Below, piece by piece: positions 1 to 8,326 of a stretch of DNA of 20,000 bases (positions are counted from its first letter, which is position 1; each line of letters begins with the position of its first letter). Both the position numbers and the translations under genes were made by a program. The DNA is from an uncultured virus (IMG/VR IMGVR_UViG_3300005678_000009) (Duplodnaviria; Heunggongvirae; Uroviricota; Caudoviricetes). The stretch is from IMG/VR virus record IMGVR_UViG_3300005678_000009, positions 51,843 through 71,842 of that record; one strand, 5' to 3'. Below the pieces are notes generated by a model. That model saw only the letters and a list, made by a program, of their open reading frames with translations. It did not search any database and had not been told where the DNA came from.

Positions 1-1381
1 TAGCTAATGTAACACCAAGATCTTTAATTCTTAATGCATTTGAGCTGATTTCGATAGTTGAGTTATCAACTTGAACAGCTGTACCAGCAGCACCAGCAAG
101 TAAAGCACCTGCAGGGTCAAATTTGATTGCAAGTTCATTAGAACCTGTAAATCTTAATGAAGGATTTGAAGCCTCAAGTTTAATTCTTAACTGACCAGCT
201 ACGTTACCAGGATTTGTTGATTCTAAACCAGATACAGTTGCCAAATCGACAGAGAAAGTCGAACCGGCAAAAGTGATCATGTCACCGCCGATTAAACCAG
301 CGATTGGATTGAAATATGAGAAATTAATTGGGTCTGTACCAATAGCAGATACAACACCATACTGAACAAATACTTGTCCAGCTTGCGAACCTTCGCGGAT
401 CGCAACCCACGCACCATTTACCTCATCAATAGGAGATAAAGAATCCATGTCTGTTGCACGTGACCACGCACCAGCAGCAGCTACGTAAATACCATTTTCT
501 TCAGGAGCTGATTGGTTTTTAACCAAAACTCTATCGCCAGCAATGATTGAAACGCCATCGATAGTTTGAGCACCGCTTAAAGCGATGTTTGCTGTTGTTG
601 CAGCACGAGCAGGAGCTTTAGGAGTAAGACCATTTAAACGAGCTTGCAAATAAGACAATGACACTGCGTCTTGAGCAGCAACTGGGTCAGCTAAATTTGT
701 AAGCTTAAAACCACCCATTGATTGATCTGCAGCAAAAGCATTAACACCAGAAATTAAAATCGCTTGTTCATAACGAACTGAATCACCAGATGAAGAACCA
801 GCCGCCAAACCTGTAAGCTTAAAACCACCCATAGGTTGGTTTGCTGTAAAAGATCGTGAACCATCACGAAGAATTGAGTTGTTTACATCAGCTAAATCCA
901 CATTGGCGTCAGCCATTGTGATTGTGCGAGTAGTAGCTGCAGAAATGTTAGCTAATTGAAACTTTAAAAGTTTAGAATTATCCAAATTGTCATAAAGCTC
1001 AAAAATACTGTCATCAAATGAAGTACCACCAGCAGCAGCTAAAGCCGCATCGATACCTTCTAAGTGATCTTGTACTACCTGAGAAGCTGCAGAGTAATTA
1101 ACAGGAGTGTTATTAACACCAATTCTATCAGCACCTGAAGTACCGCCAGTAGAACCTAATTCAGTCTCTGTAAAATAACGACCGTCATGTGTATGATAAC
1201 TTGAATCAACATCAGAACCGTTCTGTAAAGATACCAAACGATCTAAAATCGCCTTGGTTAACTCTGTATTTGAAACACCACCGCCAACTTTAATAGACGT
1301 GGTGACTAATGTATTTGAAGCAATGTCCACATTTCGTGTGGTACCTTGAATCAACCTTGCTAAAACTGAAATATCAGCCAT
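1..1381 (-). CDS. Tail-fibre / virion appendage protein (3' end runs off the window; absent from the supplied ORF track)
   Basis: ATG at 1381-1379 with AGGAG RBS (1393-1389); frame open to the window edge (MADISVLARLIQGTTRNVDIAS...). Contains FKLTNLADPVAAQDAVSLSY and ARAATTANIALSGAQTIDGVSIIAGDRVLVKNQSAPEENGIYVAAAGAWSRATD, typical of phage fibre/decoration proteins (COG5301-like). Confidence 0.8.
   Translation of the reverse strand, partial: MADISVLARLIQGTTRNVDIASNTLVTTSIKVGGGVSNTELTKAILDRLVSLQNGSDVDSSYHTHDGRYFTETELGSTGGTSGADRIGVNNTPVNYSAASQVVQDHLEGIDAALAAAGGTSFDDSIFELYDNLDNSKLLKFQLANISAATTRTITMADANVDLADVNNSILRDGSRSFTANQPMGGFKLTGLAAGSSSGDSVRYEQAILISGVNAFAADQSMGGFKLTNLADPVAAQDAVSLSYLQARLNGLTPKAPARAATTANIALSGAQTIDGVSIIAGDRVLVKNQSAPEENGIYVAAAGAWSRATDMDSLSPIDEVNGAWVAIREGSQAGQVFVQYGVVSAIGTDPINFSYFNPIAGLIGGDMITFAGSTFSVDLATVSGLESTNPGNVAGQLRIKLEASNPSLRFTGSNELAIKFDPAGALLAGAAGTAVQVDNSTIEISSNALRIKDLGVTLA
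698..832. repeat. 21-nt exact direct repeat TGTAAGCTTAAAACCACCCAT (698-718 and 812-832), 114-nt period
   Basis: Seen directly; encodes MGGFKLT twice within a 38-aa tandem protein repeat (SILRDGSRSFTANQPMGGFKLTGLA / AILISGVNAFAADQSMGGFKLTNLA). Confidence 0.9.
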
Positions 1382-1399
1382 TTAATAACTCCTAATTGC

Positions 1400-1684
1400 T
1401 TACGTTGTTAAAGATTGCTCTTTAACGGCTTTTTTGGACTTTCGTCCACGTTTTGGTTTTTCTTTAATGTTTTCAATAACTTGTTCTTTATTTTCTTGTA
1501 AAGGAACAATTTTATAATGAATTTGTGTTTGCATACCATAAATATTCAGAATTTCATTACATTTTAGGTTTGCTTCATCCATGATTTTAGCCATTTCTTG
1601 CCCAATTTGAGCACTAATAGCCTCAGCTTGTTGCATAGACATCTTGTTTAGATCGACTTTTCGCTCACGTTTACTGTGGTGCAT
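1400..1684 (-). CDS. Hypothetical protein, 94 aa, helical with basic C-terminal tail
   Basis: AGGAG RBS overlapping the upstream TAG stop; fits the operon without overlap. Confidence 0.75.
   Translation of the reverse strand: MHHSKRERKVDLNKMSMQQAEAISAQIGQEMAKIMDEANLKCNEILNIYGMQTQIHYKIVPLQENKEQVIENIKEKPKRGRKSKKAVKEQSLTT
1408..1418 (-). promoter_or_regulatory. RCAATCTTTA motif copy 1 (candidate late promoter)
   Basis: Minus strand reads GCAATCTTTAA, about 27 nt upstream of the ATG at 1381; lies in the last codons of the 94-aa ORF. Confidence 0.55.
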
Positions 1685-1691
1685 AAAACTC

Positions 1692-2123
1692 CTATAATTG
1701 GCCTACTACGCCAATGTTTAAAACTAAGTCCTTGTTTGCAGGAACATCGGCATTCTTGCCAATGCTTCCGATCATAATAATCCAATCCCCAGATACAAAA
1801 CCATCAACCCCAATACTTGGTTTAGTAGTGGTTAAACCACCTGTTTTACTAACAAAAACTGGGTCACCAAAGCTGCCAGTGATTGTGATGTTGGTTAGTC
1901 GACCACTTGTAAATACCGGCCCTAATGACAAATTGGCAATTGCAGTCCCTGTAACCGCATTGACTGCAAAAGCATGAGATTCATCAGAAACATCAATAAA
2001 ATCGATATCGCCTGTACTTGTAGACCTTACAGGTGTAGCCTTGGCCATCAAAGAACCAGAGACATTTTGTCTTTGGTCCGAAATACCAACCGCAGTGATA
2101 GTATCGTATGGTCTGTAAGTCAC
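1692..2123 (-). CDS. Small virion structural protein, capsid-cement/fibre-tip (DUF2190-like) beta fold
   Basis: GTG start overlapping upstream TGA (GTGA), AAGGA RBS; pattern 'GPVFTSG...GDPVFVSKTGGLTTTKP...IIMIG' resembles cement/decoration domains. Confidence 0.55.
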   Translation of the reverse strand: MTYRPYDTITAVGISDQRQNVSGSLMAKATPVRSTSTGDIDFIDVSDESHAFAVNAVTGTAIANLSLGPVFTSGRLTNITITGSFGDPVFVSKTGGLTTTKPSIGVDGFVSGDWIIMIGSIGKNADVPANKDLVLNIGVVGQL

Positions 2124-2770
2124 AAAACTTCCTTAAATTTAAAAATATAGCCCTTATGAGTCTTTATTTTTCCAAGTAGACAAGAATTCACGCTCTTATC
2201 TTTTAAATTCAATTCTTCTGCACACAATCTTTGATTTTTATAAACACCAATATATTTAGTTTCCAATATTATAAAATTTTTAGACCTGCAATTACCAATT
2301 GACTTAATTATCCTAAATACCTCAAAAGATTTTGACCCATGTCCATTAGAAATATTATTTCTTCTTTTAAGATTATGTTTTTTATTTTTTAATGATTTTG
2401 AAATATTGGCTTTCCATTCATTTGTGAGATTGTATTTTTTTCTACTATCTTTCATTTTCTCAATAGTGTGTTTTGAATGCCTAATTCCTTTAAAACCAGA
2501 CTCACCACCAGCAGAAACGTTATATCCAAATTTTTTATCTTGCAATTGCCATTTGTCAATTAGTTTTTTCTCCATATGTAAACATGTGTCTTTGCTTGCA
2601 TTTTTAATTAAATATTTAAATGTGCAATTATTCCATCCATGTTTCTTAATGGCCCTTCCTACCACAGTATGCTTGTGGCCTTTAGAATGATATTGTTTTC
2701 TTTGACCATCGTTTGACTCAACACCAACGTATTTTTTATTATTAGGAAAAACAATGCAATATAAATTCAT
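2120..2770 (-). CDS. Free-standing GIY-YIG homing endonuclease with NUMOD3-like repeats and C-terminal NUMOD1/HTH-like domain
   Basis: NLY-x9-YVG motif, conserved R (GQRKQYH), E (HMEKKLI) and GYN; 'GIRHSKHTIEKMK' NUMOD3-like; 'YKNQRLCAEELNL...CLLGKIKTHKGYIF' HTH. Probable start is the ATG at 2770, 2 nt after the upstream stop. Visibly more AT-rich than its flanks. Confidence 0.88.
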   Translation of the reverse strand: MNLYCIVFPNNKKYVGVESNDGQRKQYHSKGHKHTVVGRAIKKHGWNNCTFKYLIKNASKDTCLHMEKKLIDKWQLQDKKFGYNVSAGGESGFKGIRHSKHTIEKMKDSRKKYNLTNEWKANISKSLKNKKHNLKRRNNISNGHGSKSFEVFRIIKSIGNCRSKNFIILETKYIGVYKNQRLCAEELNLKDKSVNSCLLGKIKTHKGYIFKFKEVL

Positions 2771-2772
2771 AA

Positions 2773-5553
2773 TTAATATATAAACCAATTACCAGCAACA
2801 GCTGCAACAGTGATAGATTCGTATTGAGTGGTAATCGCTTTTGGAGCCGCATCAATGTCAACACCATCTAATGTTTGACCAAATACAGATTTTAAGAAGA
2901 ATGTGTTACCAGCGTCAATTTTCTTTAAATAAAAAATCTTACCCTCAGAAGATGTAGCGTCTGGAAGAGTGATTGTTACGTTTGAACCAGCATTCAAGAC
3001 ATTAACAATGTCGTTTGCATCTGTAATAGAAACTGATGAGCTAGTTGTTAAGACATTTGCAGCAGAAACACCAGCATTGGCATTGATTGTAATACTATCG
3101 GTGTCTTGAGAAATACTAACGTTTGTTCCAGCCTTGATTCTGCGGAATTGTAATTGCGTTCCAACTGTTTGTTTGAAAACATCAGCATCCTCAGCAGCAC
3201 CTAAATTTACACCAGATGCAGAGCCTGAACCTGAACCACCACCATTAGCAGCAAATTTACGGAATTCAAGTACATCATCAATCTCTAATTGAAATGTAAA
3301 TTGCACTTCAGAAGATGGATCACCAGAAGTTCCAACTTCAGTATAATCTTTTCCAACAACAAGTGTAATACCACCAAGAGAAATGATTAGATCAGATCTT
3401 CCAACGATATAAGTTTCTTGCACATCAGAAATTCGACTATTTAATGGAATAAGTACGTTTGTACCAGCGGTTACTGGACCTGTCATTTCATTATCGTCAG
3501 CTGGAGCACCAGAAACGATAGTGATAATTTCAGAATATGGATCAATATCTAAAGAATCTTGTACACTACCAACAGCTTCATCTAAACGCTTAATTGATTT
3601 TGTTAGATTTTCTTCATCAACAATAACACGATTAAATGAACCAATACCTTCTTGAGTTGTGTTAATTGAAAAACCAACACCCATATCCACATCAGCAGCA
3701 TTTGTAGATACGCCAAGTTGTGAATTGTTAACAGCAACGGTACCGTTTAAGTTATCAGTGATGTCAAATTCAGAATACCCAGCTAAAACAGCCGCATATT
3801 TAGCAGCCACTTGTAGATTTGTATCTGTACTTAACAAAGCAACTTCAATTTCTTCCAAACCACCTGGATATGGATTTCCACCAGCGCCGTCAATATTAGC
3901 CCATACATAAAACTTTCTAACATCTAAAGCAGAGTTAATTGTCCAGTATTGGCCAGATGTTAAAGCAGAAGCTGCAGGGAACGTGACTGTTCTTTCTTCA
4001 GCCAATCCAGTTACCAAAGCATTGGTATAGTCAGGTTTACTAGAAACTTCAGTTGGAGCACCGATATATTCAAGTGTCTCTAATGAAGCTCCATCAGAAA
4101 TTTCTCGGTCTTCACCTTGTTGTAACTCACCACCAGATGAACCGCGAATGTAAGCGCGAGCTGTTGAACCACCGTTATCATTACGCAATAAAATCCAATA
4201 TGTATCTTCGTTAAAAGGCACATCTTTACGATCGGCGATTTGCAAATGACGATTTGTTGTTGGAACTGCTACAACTTGATAGAATCCATAAGCATATTTC
4301 GCTTGAACCCCACCGGAGCCGGTAGAAGTTTCAAGGAAGTTTTCGCTCAATGTAACTTGAGAGGCTGTATCAACTGACAATACTTTATAATATTTAGTAT
4401 CGTCTTCAGATCCGACTTTGATAAAGTCTCCAGCTAAGATATCATTGGTCCAAGAAACTGCACCAACAGATGTAACAACCGCAGAACCTTGTGTAAAAAT
4501 CAAATTTGGAATGACGTCGACGCCACGAACAAGGTTTAGGTATGCTACTTCATTGTCGGCCAATGTTACATTGGTACCGGCTGCGTAGGCTTCTAATTTA
4601 TAACTTAAACGTGAACCAATGTAGTCAAAGAAAATATCACTTGACCAATTGATTTGACCAGCTGTTGCTAATGCATGTGTCCACTTACCACTTCCAGTCA
4701 TTTGGAGTTGTGACAAGTCACCGCGCAATTTAATAATTGAACCACCAGAATTGTCTGAATACCAATAAGTTGTACCCTTGATTTCAAGGATAGCGGACAT
4801 TACTGCATCAGCCCATTCTTTAAATTGCTGAATCTGCTTATCTCCACCCTTAAAAGGCGATACAGCAGATGAAGATTTCCAGAAGTTTTCTGTTCTTCCT
4901 TCAGTGTCATGGTCCCATGGATATTTGTAGAAAGGGTTTGGTGTGTTTGGTCCACCAGTTCCAAGTCTGAATAACATTGGACGTCGATCTTCAACACTAA
5001 GAACATTATTTGAAGAGTCGGTCTCAACGATAGAGATTGGAAGTACGTTCGCAGCCCAGATAGAAGATGTAACTACGATACGATAGTTTAAGGTTTCAGC
5101 CAAAGGTACAGTTTTAGAGATTTCATTTTTGTTTGTTGGATTCCACAAGAATACTTGAGCTGAAGTTGAATTATCAACAGCTCGATTAAATTCGATACCG
5201 ATATAATTCAATGCGCTTGGTGTGAATGAACCCTGAACATTTGGATTTGTAGTTGAGTTGATTGTTTGATTGGCCTCACCAGAAGGCACCATAAAGAAAG
5301 TTCCAGCTTGTGAAGACTTTCCATGCATAAGGGCGCTATTTTCAACGATCATTTGAAGGCTGGATGCAGAAGAGCCAATTGCACCGACCATATTTAGGGT
5401 AAAACCACGAATAATATAAGAAGCATCTTCACCGATAGCAAACGATGCTAAAAGTTCATCAAAGTCATTACGTACAGCTGATTCAATCGAACGTAAATGA
5501 GGAACGTCCACACGTTGTTGATTAAGCCAGTTTTGCGATCTTCTAACTGCCAT
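2773..5553 (-). CDS. Multi-domain tail fibre / baseplate appendage protein, 926 aa
   Basis: AAGGA RBS; beta-rich S/T/G/V composition; 'GVNLG...VFKQTVGTQLQFRRIKAGTNVSIS' fibre motif; C-terminal 'NVTITLPDA...GKIFYLKKID...GQTLDG...GNWFI' domain similar to T4 gp9/gp10-type modules; lies downstream of the wedge genes. Confidence 0.7.
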   Translation of the reverse strand: MAVRRSQNWLNQQRVDVPHLRSIESAVRNDFDELLASFAIGEDASYIIRGFTLNMVGAIGSSASSLQMIVENSALMHGKSSQAGTFFMVPSGEANQTINSTTNPNVQGSFTPSALNYIGIEFNRAVDNSTSAQVFLWNPTNKNEISKTVPLAETLNYRIVVTSSIWAANVLPISIVETDSSNNVLSVEDRRPMLFRLGTGGPNTPNPFYKYPWDHDTEGRTENFWKSSSAVSPFKGGDKQIQQFKEWADAVMSAILEIKGTTYWYSDNSGGSIIKLRGDLSQLQMTGSGKWTHALATAGQINWSSDIFFDYIGSRLSYKLEAYAAGTNVTLADNEVAYLNLVRGVDVIPNLIFTQGSAVVTSVGAVSWTNDILAGDFIKVGSEDDTKYYKVLSVDTASQVTLSENFLETSTGSGGVQAKYAYGFYQVVAVPTTNRHLQIADRKDVPFNEDTYWILLRNDNGGSTARAYIRGSSGGELQQGEDREISDGASLETLEYIGAPTEVSSKPDYTNALVTGLAEERTVTFPAASALTSGQYWTINSALDVRKFYVWANIDGAGGNPYPGGLEEIEVALLSTDTNLQVAAKYAAVLAGYSEFDITDNLNGTVAVNNSQLGVSTNAADVDMGVGFSINTTQEGIGSFNRVIVDEENLTKSIKRLDEAVGSVQDSLDIDPYSEIITIVSGAPADDNEMTGPVTAGTNVLIPLNSRISDVQETYIVGRSDLIISLGGITLVVGKDYTEVGTSGDPSSEVQFTFQLEIDDVLEFRKFAANGGGSGSGSASGVNLGAAEDADVFKQTVGTQLQFRRIKAGTNVSISQDTDSITINANAGVSAANVLTTSSSVSITDANDIVNVLNAGSNVTITLPDATSSEGKIFYLKKIDAGNTFFLKSVFGQTLDGVDIDAAPKAITTQYESITVAAVAGNWFIY

Positions 5554-5621
5554 TTTTATTTCCTTCGACTCACCGTTTTAAGTCCATTTAATTCGATTTG
5601 AGATAAATAAACATAGGGAGG

Positions 5622-5667
5622 ATACCTTAAAGATTGTCATTAAGTACTAGTTATACCTAAAGATTGT
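5622..5667 (-). promoter_or_regulatory. Tandem RCAATCTTTA motif copies 2 and 3 (ACAATCTTTAAGGTAT / ACAATCTTTAGGTAT), 30 nt apart
   Basis: Near-perfect direct repeat at 5622-5637 and 5653-5667 in the intergenic region, oriented toward the ATG at 5553. Confidence 0.65.
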
Positions 5668-5675
5668 AGTTTTTC

Positions 5676-5704
5676 TTGTGTTTTCGAGTTTTTTATGTTA
5701 AGAT
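5676..5704 (+). promoter_or_regulatory. Sigma70-like promoter: TTGTGT-N17-TAAGAT with extended -10 TG
   Basis: -35 at 5676-5681, TG at 5696-5697, -10 at 5699-5704; about 40 nt upstream of the ATG at 5744 (GAGG RBS at 5735-5738). Confidence 0.55.
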
Positions 5705-5743
5705 GAGATAAAAGTTTAAAAAACTTAATAAAATGAGGTATTT

Positions 5744-5971
5744 ATGACAGTTGGAGAGTTAAAAAAGAAATTAGCTGATGTTCCAGACAATACTGTAGTT
5801 ATGTTGACAACAGCTTGGTATACAACAACCGTACCCGGATACGAAAAAATTGTTAGACCACCAAGAAAAGCTAAAAAAAGACTCGTTAAGCCATACAACA
5901 GTAATTTTGTTGCTCAATCACGACCCAAAAAAGACCAGGAAGCAACTATCGCCTTCGTTATTGAGGATTAA
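5744..5971 (+). CDS. Small hypothetical phage protein, 75 aa
   Basis: GAGG RBS; N-terminus MTVGELKKKLADVPDNTVV is a pattern common in small phage accessory proteins. Confidence 0.75.
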   Translation: MTVGELKKKLADVPDNTVVMLTTAWYTTTVPGYEKIVRPPRKAKKRLVKPYNSNFVAQSRPKKDQEATIAFVIED

Positions 5972-6289
5972 ATGAGCAAAATCATCATTGACCCAACTGA
6001 TTATCTCGAAGAAGACGATGGATGGCTATTATTAGCCAGAAGAACTTTCAACGATCGAACCTTATTGTGTTGGTACAACGGATTGACTGAAGAGTATAAC
6101 ATTGCCCTATTTCATCTATTAGAAAGACCAAACTTGTTAAGTCAAAGAGCTAAAGAAAGTCGATGGGGATGGATGACCCATTTTGTACAAAATCTAAATC
6201 AACTTGAGGCAACCGAAGTTGCCAATCTATATATGAAAGATTTAGAAAACGACAATATTTGGTGGGAAAAAGGTCCGTCTACCCACTAA
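5972..6289 (+). CDS. Hypothetical protein, 105 aa, Trp-rich
   Basis: Starts immediately after the upstream stop, GAGG RBS; 3' end overlaps the convergent gene by 11 nt. Confidence 0.7.
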   Translation: MSKIIIDPTDYLEEDDGWLLLARRTFNDRTLLCWYNGLTEEYNIALFHLLERPNLLSQRAKESRWGWMTHFVQNLNQLEATEVANLYMKDLENDNIWWEKGPSTH

Positions 6290-6707
6290 TATCTAGTGGA
6301 TTGTATGGAATAATACCCTTAAATTGGAAAGATACAGAAACAACGCCTTTAGCAACAATTGTTGTTGATTCGCTTGTGACTTTCATTTGTGGCAAGAAAA
6401 AAAGATCAGAGTCTGACTTCCTATCTTTCAATCTCAACGAAACATATGGAGCATGTAAGATTTCTGTGATTTTGGTTCTTAAATCATAAGCTTGAAGTCC
6501 ACCAACCATTTTAATCTGCATACCCGTAACAGTTCCTTGAACTGTCACTCGACCTGGAGCAATTTCTTGGGCAAATTGAGAATCGATCCCAAAAATTTCT
6601 TGTTCACCATAATCAATTGCATATCGAATGCTTGTTACTTCAGCATACAATTTACCACCGACATACATTTTTACTTCTGCACCTTTTAAAACTACTGATT
6701 GACTCAT
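6279..6707 (-). CDS. Tail tube-like protein, 142 aa
   Basis: Pattern 'VLKGAEVKMYVGGKLYAEVTSIRYAIDYGEQEIFGIDS..AQEIAPGRVTVQGTV...SVSFQFKGI' matches the tube/Hcp-like fold (XkdM/gp19-like); ATGA overlap with the upstream gene. Confidence 0.65.
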   Translation of the reverse strand: MSQSVVLKGAEVKMYVGGKLYAEVTSIRYAIDYGEQEIFGIDSQFAQEIAPGRVTVQGTVTGMQIKMVGGLQAYDLRTKITEILHAPYVSLRLKDRKSDSDLFFLPQMKVTSESTTIVAKGVVSVSFQFKGIIPYNPLDISG

Positions 6708-8323
6708 ACAGGATCACTACCCCAAATATCATATTTTTCTGAGTTGACCTCGTCACCCCATTTACCAAGACCGATGTCCTCAGGATATAAGATTGTAATA
6801 ACAACATTAATCCCCGTTGCAGCGACCAAATTAATTAATTCTTCCGCATAAATACGCCCAGAAACGATATCTGTGATGTAAAAAGGAAAATCTGTACCAT
6901 CTTTATCAGGCTCAAAAGCATAACCCTGTGACACAAGTGAAATATTTGTTCCAGACGGATGAATGTTTTCAAATCTATACGATGGGTCAACAACAATAGT
7001 TCCAGCAGATGGTCTAGCGATATATGGAACCGGTCCTTCTTCATTGGATGTACCAAAAGCAAAGATCAACTCACCTGGTGTATCTGGAATATCAGAAGCA
7101 TTATCAACTTGAATAATCATTGATGAATTTGAATTGATTTCTTGAAGGGTATTACACTCTTCTCCACCAATTAAATAACCCTTAGAGGTATCAAAGGCAT
7201 AGGGACCTTCGTTACCCTCACCAGATGGACCTGAATCGTGCAAATGAGCTGAACCTGGTCTATCACGACGAACAACCTTAGTTGTGGCAGGAATAAAGAT
7301 CTCAAGCAATCGAGATTCTGTTTGATAAAGAGTTGCGTAGTTCTTTTTGCTAACAATTGTACTTCGAACTGGATTGAAAAATAACATTCCCTCGATAGTA
7401 CCCTGAAGTGTAGTTTGGGCCACGCCGTTTGGATTTTCAAATTCAAAATAAGCTTGGTTTACAAGACCACCTTGAACTTTTGTTACTGTAAATGTACCAC
7501 GATTATTAATATTAAAAGCAGTACCATAAATATTGACATAGTCATTTTTCTTAACCTTACCAATTGAAGGGTCTGGTCCACCGGTCCAAGTAGCTCTAAC
7601 AGAACCACCAGCAATCAAAGAAAGTGTCCATTGTGTAGCAGGTTGTCCAGAAGTAGGTCTAATAGAATCAAATTTCAATTTATTTTGTGCCTTACCACCG
7701 GTTACACGAACTGAAGATGCAGGTCCATCAGTTTCAGAGATAATCTGAACATAACCACCAACCCCATCGTCTTTTGCGACAGCAGCACCCGTTCTACCCA
7801 AACGTCTGATTTCTTTTGTAATTGCATCTGCCACTTCTTGAGCGGTTGCAGCTGCAATGGAAGAAAATTGTGCAGTTTTAAAAGTAACTTCAACATCTTC
7901 TTGATCATCATACTGAATTGTTAAAGTGTCGCCGTCTTGTAAAGCATAAGGCTCTAGTGCAGCGGAAACGACAGTTGCGCGTGTAAACTCTTCACCGTAA
8001 ATAATACGGAGGATATTCATCATTAAATCACGAACTTGTTTACGATTGGAAACTTCAATACCAATTTCACGAAAAACTTCGTCTGAAAGACCAACGTTAT
8101 CAGGGCGTGTGATATCCCTATCAGCCATACGCTGATCCAGATAACGACCTTGAGCCTTAACAATGTAAAGCTGGTCATTGACAGCTTCTACGTTATTAAC
8201 TAAATGAGCGCCGCCTGTAGAAAGAGCATCCAAAACAGCATTTGTGTTTTTACCCTGTATACTAGGATTAAGATATGCCCTTAATCTCGCTTTGGCTGCG
8301 GCTCTGTCATCAGCTTCACTCAT
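6704..8323 (-). CDS. Baseplate wedge protein, P2 gpI / T4 gp7-like, with inserted accessory domains, 539 aa
   Basis: 'KAQGRYLDQRMADRDITRP...SDEVFRE' N-terminal and 'EELINLVAATGINVVITI' C-terminal motifs; directly downstream of the baseplate J gene; GGAG RBS. Confidence 0.65.
   Translation of the reverse strand: MSEADDRAAAKARLRAYLNPSIQGKNTNAVLDALSTGGAHLVNNVEAVNDQLYIVKAQGRYLDQRMADRDITRPDNVGLSDEVFREIGIEVSNRKQVRDLMMNILRIIYGEEFTRATVVSAALEPYALQDGDTLTIQYDDQEDVEVTFKTAQFSSIAAATAQEVADAITKEIRRLGRTGAAVAKDDGVGGYVQIISETDGPASSVRVTGGKAQNKLKFDSIRPTSGQPATQWTLSLIAGGSVRATWTGGPDPSIGKVKKNDYVNIYGTAFNINNRGTFTVTKVQGGLVNQAYFEFENPNGVAQTTLQGTIEGMLFFNPVRSTIVSKKNYATLYQTESRLLEIFIPATTKVVRRDRPGSAHLHDSGPSGEGNEGPYAFDTSKGYLIGGEECNTLQEINSNSSMIIQVDNASDIPDTPGELIFAFGTSNEEGPVPYIARPSAGTIVVDPSYRFENIHPSGTNISLVSQGYAFEPDKDGTDFPFYITDIVSGRIYAEELINLVAATGINVVITILYPEDIGLGKWGDEVNSEKYDIWGSDPV
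6785..6796 (-). promoter_or_regulatory. Variant motif ACAATCTTATAT (copy 4)
   Basis: Inside the 3' end of the 539-aa gene, about 80 nt upstream of the tube-like gene start; same variant as at 17082-17093. Confidence 0.4.
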
Positions 8324-8326
8324 TGA

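Noticed and set aside
1407..1426. 8-bp inverted repeat GTTAAAGA-ttgc-TCTTTAAC overlapping motif copy 1
   Set aside because: AT-rich, weak and inside a CDS; the copies at 5628, 5658 and 14309 have no equivalent hairpin, so not a general feature or a convincing terminator.
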